A stretch of 64,000 nt of DNA. It comes from Gammaproteobacteria bacterium TMED78 (GTDB lineage: Bacteria > Pseudomonadota > Gammaproteobacteria > Steroidobacterales > Rariloculaceae). Below the pieces are notes generated by a model that was not told where the DNA came from, searched no databases, and saw only the letters and a program-made list of their open reading frames with translations. The position numbers were made by a program, and so were the translations under genes. This document shows positions 56,502-64,000 of the stretch, in pieces. The stretch lies in assembly GCA_002171615.1 (NCBI GenBank), contig NHEF01000010.1, positions 155,017 to 219,016 on the forward strand. Reading direction: 5' to 3'. Position 1 is the stretch's first letter. Each line of letters begins with the position of its first letter.

Positions 56502-59186
56502 ATGTCATCTAAAAAGTTATTTATAGTAGTAGATGGCTCCTCTTATCTTTTCAGGGCATATCATGCTTTACCAAATCTAACTTCTAGCAAAGGAGAGCCT
56601 AGTGGAGCAATATTTGGTGTGCTAAATATGCTTAACAAACTACTAGATGAATATCAGCCGCAAAAGATAGCAGTGGTTTTTGATACGCCTGGCAAAACAT
56701 TTAGAAACGATATTTACGCCAAATATAAAGCTAATAGACCGCCCATGCCTGAAGACCTTAGGCCTCAAATTGAACCTTTATTTAGATCAATAAAAGCCCT
56801 TGGTCTCCCCTTAATAAGAATAAAAGGTGTAGAAGCAGATGATGTTATAGGAACCTTAGCTTCGATCGCCGAAAAAAATAATATCCAAACTGTAATTTCA
56901 ACTTCAGATAAAGATATGGCACAACTAGTAACTGAAAGAGTAACGTTAGTTGATACAATGAGTAATAAAACCTATGACTCAGAAGGAGTAATCAATAAAT
57001 TTGGAGTGGAGCCCTCACAAATTATAGATTACTTAGCTCTTGTAGGCGATTCTGCAGACAACATACCTGGTGTTCCTAGCGTAGGTCCTAAGACTGCTAC
57101 AAAATGGCTATCTAAATATAAAAGCTTAGATGAAATTATTAAAAATGCTAATGATATTGAAGGTAAAGTTGGTGAGAAGTTAAGAAATTCATTGGATAAA
57201 ATACCGCTATATAAAAAACTAACGACAATAAAGAGAGATGTAGAAGTTGGTATTGAATTTGATGAATTAAAAAAAACAGCTCCTGACAAAAAAGAACTGA
57301 GAAAGCTTCATGATAGATTTGAAATAAATAGCTTATTAAGAGGGTTAAAAGAAGTTAAGATAAATTCTACTAAAAATACAAATGCTTCATATAAAACGAT
57401 ACTTACTAAAGCTGATTTTCTTGAAGAAATAAATAATATAGAAAAAGCATCTATCGTAGCTATTGATACAGAAACTACTAGTCTTGATTACATGAAAGCA
57501 ACACTAGTTGGACTATCGATATCTTACAAGCCAAATAAAGGATCCTACATACCACTAAATCACGACTATCCAACAGCTCAGAACCAGCTAGATACTGATT
57601 ACGTTCTTTCAAAATTAAAACCATGGCTAGAAAGTAATAATAAAAAAGTTGGTCAAAATATAAAATATGATATGCATATTTTTGAAAATTATAAAATTAA
57701 GATGAATGGTATTTTTTATGATTCTATGATGGAATCTTTCGTGCTTAACTCAACAGCTAGCCGTCATGATATGGATTCCTTAGCGAAAAAATATCTAAAT
57801 TACAATACTACTAAATATGAAGACATAGTAGGAAAAGGTGCTAAACAAATTGGATTCAATAAAGTGCATATAGATGAAGCATCAAGCTATGCATCAGAGG
57901 ATGCTGACATAGCTCTAAGGCTGCATTATAACCTATGGAAAAAACTAGAATCTATCCCTGAATTACAAAAAATATACACGGAAATTGAAAGACCTATAAT
58001 AAAAATCCTTCAAGAAATGGAACATACTGGAGTACTTATAGACTCGGAAATTCTAAAGTTACAAAGTAAAGATTTAGCTAAAAATATGAATGATCTTGAA
58101 GACAAAATATATAATATTTCTGGAGGTTCATTTAATATTTCCTCTCCAAAACAACTTCAAGAAATACTTTATGATAAATTACGGCTTCCTATATTAGGTA
58201 AGACCCCTAAAGGACAGCCCTCTACTGCCGAAAATGTATTACAAGATTTAGCCCAAGATTATGAGTTACCTAAATTAATTTTAGATTATAGAGCCTTAGC
58301 AAAACTAAAGACTACCTATACAGATAAGCTACCCTTAGAAATTAATAAAAAAACAAACCGTATACATACTTCTTATCACCAAGCCGTAGCAGCTACAGGA
58401 AGGCTCTCTTCCTCGAGCCCAAATTTACAAAATATCCCTATACGAAGAGAGGAAGGAAGAAAGATTAGACAAGCTTTTATCGCTCCAGAAAAATATCTTT
58501 TGCTAGCAGCGGACTACTCTCAAATTGAACTAAGAATTATGGCCCATCTATCAGAAGATCAAGGTTTAATATCAGCATTTAATAATGATGATGATATTCA
58601 TAGGCTAACAGCAGCCGAAGTTAATAATAAAAGTATCGATGAAGTAACTGAAGAACAAAGAAGGTCAGCCAAAGCTATAAACTTTGGACTAATTTATGGT
58701 ATGTCTGCTTTTGGACTTGCGCGTCAGCTGGGTATAACTCGATCAAATGCCCAAGAATACGTGAATCTATATTTTGAAAAATATCCTAAGGTAAAAGAAT
58801 ATATGAATAAAATAAAAGATTTTGCAAAAAATAATGGGTTCGTCACTACCATTAATGGAAGGAGGCTGTATTTACCAGAAATAAACTCTAAAAATCATCA
58901 AAGACGGATGTACGCTGAAAGAAGTGCTATAAATGCACCTATGCAAGGCTCAGCTGCAGATATAATTAAATTAGCAATGATCAATGTTGATACATGGCTA
59001 AAAGATTCTTGTATAGATGCAAAAATAATAATGCAAGTTCATGACGAATTAGTTTTAGAAGTAAATAAGGATAAGGTAGACACTATAGCAATAAAAGTAA
59101 AAAAAATTATGGAAGACACTACAAAGATATCAGTTCCTCTAAAAGTAGAATTTGGCACTGGTAATAATTGGGATGAAGCCCATTAA
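56502..59186 (+). CDS. polA: DNA polymerase I
   Basis: 5'-nuclease N-terminus, 3'-5' exonuclease DTETTSL, polymerase motifs DYSQIELRI and QVHDELV; 894 aa. Confidence 0.98.
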   Translation: MSSKKLFIVVDGSSYLFRAYHALPNLTSSKGEPSGAIFGVLNMLNKLLDEYQPQKIAVVFDTPGKTFRNDIYAKYKANRPPMPEDLRPQIEPLFRSIKALGLPLIRIKGVEADDVIGTLASIAEKNNIQTVISTSDKDMAQLVTERVTLVDTMSNKTYDSEGVINKFGVEPSQIIDYLALVGDSADNIPGVPSVGPKTATKWLSKYKSLDEIIKNANDIEGKVGEKLRNSLDKIPLYKKLTTIKRDVEVGIEFDELKKTAPDKKELRKLHDRFEINSLLRGLKEVKINSTKNTNASYKTILTKADFLEEINNIEKASIVAIDTETTSLDYMKATLVGLSISYKPNKGSYIPLNHDYPTAQNQLDTDYVLSKLKPWLESNNKKVGQNIKYDMHIFENYKIKMNGIFYDSMMESFVLNSTASRHDMDSLAKKYLNYNTTKYEDIVGKGAKQIGFNKVHIDEASSYASEDADIALRLHYNLWKKLESIPELQKIYTEIERPIIKILQEMEHTGVLIDSEILKLQSKDLAKNMNDLEDKIYNISGGSFNISSPKQLQEILYDKLRLPILGKTPKGQPSTAENVLQDLAQDYELPKLILDYRALAKLKTTYTDKLPLEINKKTNRIHTSYHQAVAATGRLSSSSPNLQNIPIRREEGRKIRQAFIAPEKYLLLAADYSQIELRIMAHLSEDQGLISAFNNDDDIHRLTAAEVNNKSIDEVTEEQRRSAKAINFGLIYGMSAFGLARQLGITRSNAQEYVNLYFEKYPKVKEYMNKIKDFAKNNGFVTTINGRRLYLPEINSKNHQRRMYAERSAINAPMQGSAADIIKLAMINVDTWLKDSCIDAKIIMQVHDELVLEVNKDKVDTIAIKVKKIMEDTTKISVPLKVEFGTGNNWDEAH

Positions 59187-59780
59187 TTAATCTTTTAATG
59201 AAAGCCAATTAGATAATTGTAACTGTGATTCTTCTATACCCTCACCAGAAGTTGAAGAAAAAAGTAAGGAATTACAGGCTATAGGCAAAGTCTTATCAAA
59301 ATTATTTTTTAGATTTTTATGTGTATTCTTAGAAATCTTATCTATTTTAGTAAGTAAAATAACTATAGGTTTATTTGCTGAATCAGCCCATATTATCATT
59401 GTCCTATCTAAATCATTAAGACCCCTCCTTGCATCTATAGTTATAAAAAATCCAGCTAAAGAATTTCTAGAAAAAAGATATGATTCAATCATTTTTGTCC
59501 AACTATCTCTTATCTCAATTGACACTTTAGCAAATCCATATCCTGGTAAATCAACAATCCGGTGGTTAGAATCACTTACTGAAAAAAAATTAATTAATTG
59601 GGTCCTACCTGGCGTTTTGCTAGTCTTAGCTAAATTTTTTCTATGTAATATTGCATTTATCGCACTAGACTTACCTGAATTTGACCTACCAACAAAAGCA
59701 ACTTCTAAACCAGAATCTTGAGGAAACTGTTTAGAAGTTTTAGCACTTATCATAAAATCAGAAGCTTGAGAAAATATCAT
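59187..59780 (-). CDS. engB: Ribosome-biogenesis GTPase EngB/YihA
   Basis: GRSNSGKSSAINAI (G1), DLPGYG (G3), TKIDK (G4). Its stop codon directly abuts the polA stop. Confidence 0.93.
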   Translation of the reverse strand: MIFSQASDFMISAKTSKQFPQDSGLEVAFVGRSNSGKSSAINAILHRKNLAKTSKTPGRTQLINFFSVSDSNHRIVDLPGYGFAKVSIEIRDSWTKMIESYLFSRNSLAGFFITIDARRGLNDLDRTMIIWADSANKPIVILLTKIDKISKNTHKNLKNNFDKTLPIACNSLLFSSTSGEGIEESQLQLSNWLSLKD

Positions 59781-59872
59781 AATCCAATATAATTCAATTA
59801 ATATTGTTCATTACTATATTAGTGTACAATTAATATATTAACTACTAATTAATAAAAGGCTCGACGAAAGTA

Positions 59873-60517
59873 ATGGCAAATAAGTTATTTTCAAGTATTA
59901 AATTTCTGTTTTATGGACTATTAGTCTGCTCTAGTCAGTGGTTATTCTTACTTTACAGTGATATAGCATTTCCTCAAGGATCTATAGAGAATGGAAAAAC
60001 AAAGGCAGCTGTTTGCGTTGCTTGTCATGGTGTTGATGGCAATAGTATAAACCCTGAATGGCCTAGCCTAGCTGGTCAACATCCATTATATACGGCTAAA
60101 CAATTGAAGTCTTTTCAGGATGGACAAAGGCAGAATATACTAATGAATGCTTTTGCCATCTCTCTAACCGAGCAAGATATGATTGACTTAGCAGCTTATT
60201 ATGGCTCTTTACCAAATATTCAAAGAGGTGCGGATCCAGAATTAGTAGATCTAGGTCAAAAAATCTATCGGGGGGGTATCTTTGAAAAAAATGTTCCCGC
60301 ATGTATTGCTTGTCATGGGCCATCTGGTAAAGGAAATCCTTTTTCACTTTATCCAAAAGTTAAAGGGCAGCACTCAATATACACAATAAATACTTTAAAT
60401 GCATATGCCATAGGAACAAGGTACTCAGACTCTAATGAAGTAATGAGAACAATTGCTAAATTATTATCTCAAGAAGAGATAGAGGCAGTAGCGAGCTATA
60501 TCCAAGGATTAAAATAG
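59873..60517 (+). CDS. Dihaem cytochrome c4
   Basis: Signal peptide and two CxxCH motifs (CVACHG, CIACHG), each with a downstream Met-containing half. Confidence 0.9.
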   Translation: MANKLFSSIKFLFYGLLVCSSQWLFLLYSDIAFPQGSIENGKTKAAVCVACHGVDGNSINPEWPSLAGQHPLYTAKQLKSFQDGQRQNILMNAFAISLTEQDMIDLAAYYGSLPNIQRGADPELVDLGQKIYRGGIFEKNVPACIACHGPSGKGNPFSLYPKVKGQHSIYTINTLNAYAIGTRYSDSNEVMRTIAKLLSQEEIEAVASYIQGLK

Positions 60518-60528
60518 AGGAGATCTTA

Positions 60529-61173
60529 ATGTCTTATTTTAAAAATATAAGTTTAATAGTTCTGTTTGCATATTTTATTATTAATACTGCCCAATCACAG
60601 AATACTGTTCCTCAATTTAACGAGGGTACTCATTATTCAATACTCTCACCCACACAACCCACAAGCTCTAGTCCCGATGTAATAGAAGTAGCAGAGGTCT
60701 TCTGGTATGGGTGTCCGCATTGCTTCACTCTTGATCCTTATTTAGAAAACTGGAGAGAGAGCCTATCTGAGGACGTTAATTTCATTAGAATTCCTGCTGT
60801 ATGGAATAGTACTCTTCAAACTCACGCAAGGGCTTTTTATGCAGCTGAAGCTCTTGGAATTGCAGATGAAATTCATGTACCAATATTTAGAGAAATTCAT
60901 ATAAATAGAAATTTTTTAGATACTAATGATTCTTTAGTTAGTTTTTTTTCCAACCAAGGTATAGATGATCAAGAATTTATGAGAACTTTAGAATCTTTTT
61001 CAGTTCATACTAAATTACAACGTGCTGATGAGCTATCAAGAAGATACAGAATAGCTAGTGTGCCAACTATAATTATTAATGGTAAATATACAACTGATGC
61101 TGGCCAGGCTGGTGGATATGACTTATTAATTGATCTAATAAATTATTTAGTATCTATGGAAAGAGACCAGTAG
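60529..61173 (+). CDS. dsbA: Thiol:disulfide interchange protein DsbA
   Basis: Signal peptide, FWYGCPHCF active site, VPTIIINGKY cis-Pro loop. Confidence 0.93.
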   Translation: MSYFKNISLIVLFAYFIINTAQSQNTVPQFNEGTHYSILSPTQPTSSSPDVIEVAEVFWYGCPHCFTLDPYLENWRESLSEDVNFIRIPAVWNSTLQTHARAFYAAEALGIADEIHVPIFREIHINRNFLDTNDSLVSFFSNQGIDDQEFMRTLESFSVHTKLQRADELSRRYRIASVPTIIINGKYTTDAGQAGGYDLLIDLINYLVSMERDQ

Positions 61174-61175
61174 AA

Positions 61176-61928
61176 TTATTTTTCTTTATCTTGTTTATCT
61201 ATCTTTAAAAATCTAAGTAAAAATAAACCACTTTCATATAACAAATAAACTGGAACAGCTAATAAAGTTTGTGAAATGGCATCAGGAGGAGTCAAAAGCA
61301 TTCCCATTATAAAAGCGCCCAAAAAAACATAAGGGCGCCAAGAAGCAAGTTTTTCCCTAGAAGCTAAACCACTCCATACTAAAATTACCGTAGCTATTGG
61401 TACTTCAAAAGCTAACCCGAAAGCAAAAAAAAGTGTAATTATAAAATCAAGATAAGCACTAATATCTGTCATCATGGTAACTCCCTCAGGAGCAACAGCT
61501 GCGAAAAAAGCAAACATTATTGGGAAGACTACAAAGTAAGAAAAGGCAACTCCTAAATAAAATAGAAGTATGCTTGATATTAAGAGAGGGAAAGCAAATC
61601 TTTTCTCTTTTCTATATAAACCTGGAACTACAAATTGCCATAATTGATATAAAATTACCGGCATAGCTAGAAAAAGTGCTACAAATAAAGTCATCTTAAA
61701 TGGAGTTAAAAATGGTGAGGCTACTTGTGTTGCAATCATTGTCGCATTACTAGGTAGTTGATTCATAAGCGGAGTAGCTACGCTAGTGAATATATTTTCG
61801 GCAAAAGGTACCAAGCAAATAAAAATAATAAGAATAGAAAGTATTGACCTAAGTAACCTAGTCCTCAATTCTACTAGATGAGAAATTAATGAGCCTTCTT
61901 GTAATTTTTCCTTATCGGTCGAGCTCAT
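61176..61928 (-). CDS. tatC: Sec-independent translocase subunit TatC
   Basis: LISHLVELRTRLL N-terminus, six TM segments, 250 aa. Confidence 0.95.
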   Translation of the reverse strand: MSSTDKEKLQEGSLISHLVELRTRLLRSILSILIIFICLVPFAENIFTSVATPLMNQLPSNATMIATQVASPFLTPFKMTLFVALFLAMPVILYQLWQFVVPGLYRKEKRFAFPLLISSILLFYLGVAFSYFVVFPIMFAFFAAVAPEGVTMMTDISAYLDFIITLFFAFGLAFEVPIATVILVWSGLASREKLASWRPYVFLGAFIMGMLLTPPDAISQTLLAVPVYLLYESGLFLLRFLKIDKQDKEK

Positions 61929-61971
61929 GAGTATTAAGCCTTTTTAAAATTTAATTAAATATAAAGCTAAA

Positions 61972-62262
61972 TTATGATTCTTTATCAAGAACTTTAGATT
62001 TAATATTGTTAAGATCTTTAGCCTTATTGATGGGGGTAACAAGATGAGTTTTTGACTTACCCAAATTAGAATCAATAGGTTGAGATAAATCTGCAGAAAC
62101 GATCTCTTCCTCTAACTGCCTTCTTAGAAAATTAGCTGTCCTTCTGGCCTTACTTACCCACCTTCCAAACTTAGAAACTATTGCAGGTAATCTTTCAGGG
62201 CCCAATATTAAGAGCCCCATGCCTAAAATTAGAGCTAGTTCCCAAAATCCAATATCAAACAT
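61972..62262 (-). CDS. tatB: Sec-independent translocase subunit TatB
   Basis: MFDIGFWELALILGMGLLILGPERLP followed by an amphipathic helix. Confidence 0.88.
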   Translation of the reverse strand: MFDIGFWELALILGMGLLILGPERLPAIVSKFGRWVSKARRTANFLRRQLEEEIVSADLSQPIDSNLGKSKTHLVTPINKAKDLNNIKSKVLDKES

Positions 62263-62267
62263 TGAGA

Positions 62268-62498
62268 TTAACTTCCCTTTGAATCTTCCTTCTGTTCAGT
62301 AAATTCAGCATCTTGCTTATCATCTCCTAATCTTTCTGGCTTCACTTCTTTTTCATCACTATCCATAGCTTTTCTAAAGCTTTTCATGGCTCCACCTAGA
62401 TCTCCTCCCAAAGTTTTAAGCCTTTTAGTACCAAATATAAGCACTACAATAAGCAAAATAATTAGCAACTGCCACATACTTATTCCACCAATACCCAT
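62268..62498 (-). CDS. tatA: Sec-independent translocase subunit TatA
   Basis: [37 protein letters not shown]. Confidence 0.92.
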   Translation of the reverse strand: MGIGGISMWQLLIILLIVVLIFGTKRLKTLGGDLGGAMKSFRKAMDSDEKEVKPERLGDDKQDAEFTEQKEDSKGS

Positions 62499-62579
62499 AA
62501 CTAGCTATCTCCAATTCAAGAAAATATATATCTTATGATACTATTAAATTTAACTTTTGTTTAATTTTAAAGCTACAAA

Positions 62580-63017
62580 TTAAATATTTAACCAAAACGT
62601 TGCTGGTCCTTGGTTAATCAAACTAATTTCCATATCTTCACCAAACACCCCAGAACCACCATATACATCATTTTTTTCTATCTCCGCAATAACCTTATTA
62701 TAAATATCCCTGCTGTAAGAATTACTAGGAACTTTAGAAAAACTTGGTCTGTTACCAGAAAAATGGTCTGCCAATAATGTAAACTGAGGTGCAAATAAAA
62801 TTTGGCCTTTTACCTGTTCAATATTCAAATTCATTTTTTCATATTTATCGTTAAATACTCTGAATTTCAATAACTTATCAATAAGCTTTTTAATTACATT
62901 AGAATTGTCATCCTTTTCTACCCCAACCAAAACTAAGAGGCCATTACTAATTTCTGCAATTTTAGTACCTCTTATAGCTATTTTTGCCTTACTTACTCTC
63001 TGAATTAAAAATACCAT
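62580..63017 (-). CDS. dtd: D-aminoacyl-tRNA deacylase
   Basis: MVFLIQRVSKA.. N-terminus, SQFTL-like QFTLLAD, C-terminal NQGPATFWL; 145 aa. Confidence 0.92.
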   Translation of the reverse strand: MVFLIQRVSKAKIAIRGTKIAEISNGLLVLVGVEKDDNSNVIKKLIDKLLKFRVFNDKYEKMNLNIEQVKGQILFAPQFTLLADHFSGNRPSFSKVPSNSYSRDIYNKVIAEIEKNDVYGGSGVFGEDMEISLINQGPATFWLNI

Positions 63018-63079
63018 ATAAAATCCATTTAAATAAATCTAATTATAATTAAAAAGAAAATTTATTGTATAGTATATAA

Positions 63080-63195
63080 TTTCCCACTAATTATTAATAA
63101 TATGACTATTTTTTAATTATCTTTCCCACTTTATTATTTATAAGTTAATAGTGGTTTTTTATATATGCTTAATTCCTAGATATAATCATTAGTGG
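63080..63195. promoter_or_regulatory. Array of four CCCACT(A/T)(A/T) / (A/T)TAGTGG motifs upstream of the TRAP binding-protein gene
   Basis: TTTCCCACT at 63080-63088 and 63122-63130 (42 bp apart). Inverted AATAGTGG at 63147-63154 and ATTAGTGG at 63188-63195 (41 bp apart). Confidence 0.35.
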
Positions 63196-63265
63196 CGATA
63201 GGTATAATATGATTGACTTAGTCTGTGAGTCTGGTATTTATACTTATAAATTTAAGGATATAAGC

Positions 63266-64000
63266 ATGAAGAGAAGAGAATTTGTATATGGAGCCGCTGG
63301 TATTGCTGCATTAGCAGCTTGCCAAGAAAAAGAACAAAATAACAGTTCAAATGACCAACAATCCTTTTCTTGGAAGATGGTTACAACTTGGCCTCCTAAT
63401 TTTCCAGGCTTAGGTACTGGTGCAAATAATGTAGCAAAATATATCGAATCCTTAAGTGGAGGTAGAATTAAGATCCAAGTATACGCAGGGGGAGAATTAA
63501 TCCCTCCTCTTGAAGTATTTGATGCTGTATCAAGTGGAACCGCAGAACTAGGTCATGGTGGTTCATATTATTGGAGAAGTAAATCTGAAGCAATGCAATT
63601 TTTTACATGCGTTCCGTTTGGTCTAAATACTCATGAGATGAATGCGTGGCTCTACTATGGGGGAGGATTAGAGCTCTGGCAAGAAGCTTATAGGCCATTT
63701 AATCTTGAGCCTTTTCCAGCAGGAAATACTGGCGTCCAAATGGGGGGATGGTTTAATAAAAAAATCAACAATATGGAAGACTTTCGCGGCTTAAAAATTA
63801 GGATGCCTGGACTAGGAGGAGAAGTCGTCAGGATGGCAGGAGGCATATCCGTTGCCTTACCAGGATCTGAAATCTTTACTGCTCTTCAAACTGGAGTAAT
63901 AGATGCAACTGAATGGGTTGGGCCTTACAATGATTTATCGTTTGGTCTAGATAAAGTAGCAAAATATTACTACTATCCTGGTTGGCATGAGCCTGGTCCT
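63266..64000 (+). CDS. TRAP transporter DctP-family substrate-binding protein, N-terminal 245 codons (runs off the right edge)
   Basis: Hand translation: MKRREFVYGAAGIAALAACQEKE..SFSWKMVTTWPPNFPGLGTGANNVAKYIESLSGGRIKIQVYAGGELIP... It has a Tat/lipoprotein-like signal and the DctP-family pattern. Open to the window end. Confidence 0.85.
   Translation, partial: MKRREFVYGAAGIAALAACQEKEQNNSSNDQQSFSWKMVTTWPPNFPGLGTGANNVAKYIESLSGGRIKIQVYAGGELIPPLEVFDAVSSGTAELGHGGSYYWRSKSEAMQFFTCVPFGLNTHEMNAWLYYGGGLELWQEAYRPFNLEPFPAGNTGVQMGGWFNKKINNMEDFRGLKIRMPGLGGEVVRMAGGISVALPGSEIFTALQTGVIDATEWVGPYNDLSFGLDKVAKYYYYPGWHEPGP

Overview
This is a visibly AT-rich 64-kb chromosomal segment (about one-third G+C by eye, not computed) that is extremely gene-dense. 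Many neighbouring genes overlap by 4-33 nt or are separated by 0-10 nt. The gene order matches gammaproteobacterial core synteny: cca-uppP-...-folB-tsaD / rpsU-yqeY-dnaG-rpoD, polA/engB/cytochrome c4/dsbA, and tatABC-dtd. Together with the compaction, this suggests a streamlined marine gammaproteobacterium; that is an inference, and no taxon can be proven from here. I can support about 60 protein-coding genes, one tRNA(CAU), one good bidirectional terminator, and several candidate regulatory sites. Of those genes, one is interrupted by an A12 homopolymer and one is a 42-codon lipoprotein missing from the ORF track. I found no rRNA, CRISPR array, transposase, integrase, prophage, toxin-antitoxin or recognisable defence genes, so there is no mobile or defence-type novel system here. 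The best candidates for new biology are metabolic. (1) A Bacteroidetes/Xanthomonas-style arginine operon (argR-argG-X-argC-argD-argF'-argB-argH) carries an uncharacterised P-loop protein X where an N-acyltransferase is expected, and has no argA/argJ/argE. (2) A translationally coupled KorAB-type 2-oxoacid:ferredoxin oxidoreductase sits next to a GltD/NfnB-like flavoprotein that has its own 2x[4Fe-4S] ferredoxin domain. (3) A MidA/COG1565 methyltransferase is split exactly at a 12-A run. (4) An unusually long 470-bp nrdJ/degP intergenic region contains NrdR-like and DnaA boxes. All functional calls come from motif recognition by eye and memory of protein families. No database search was run.
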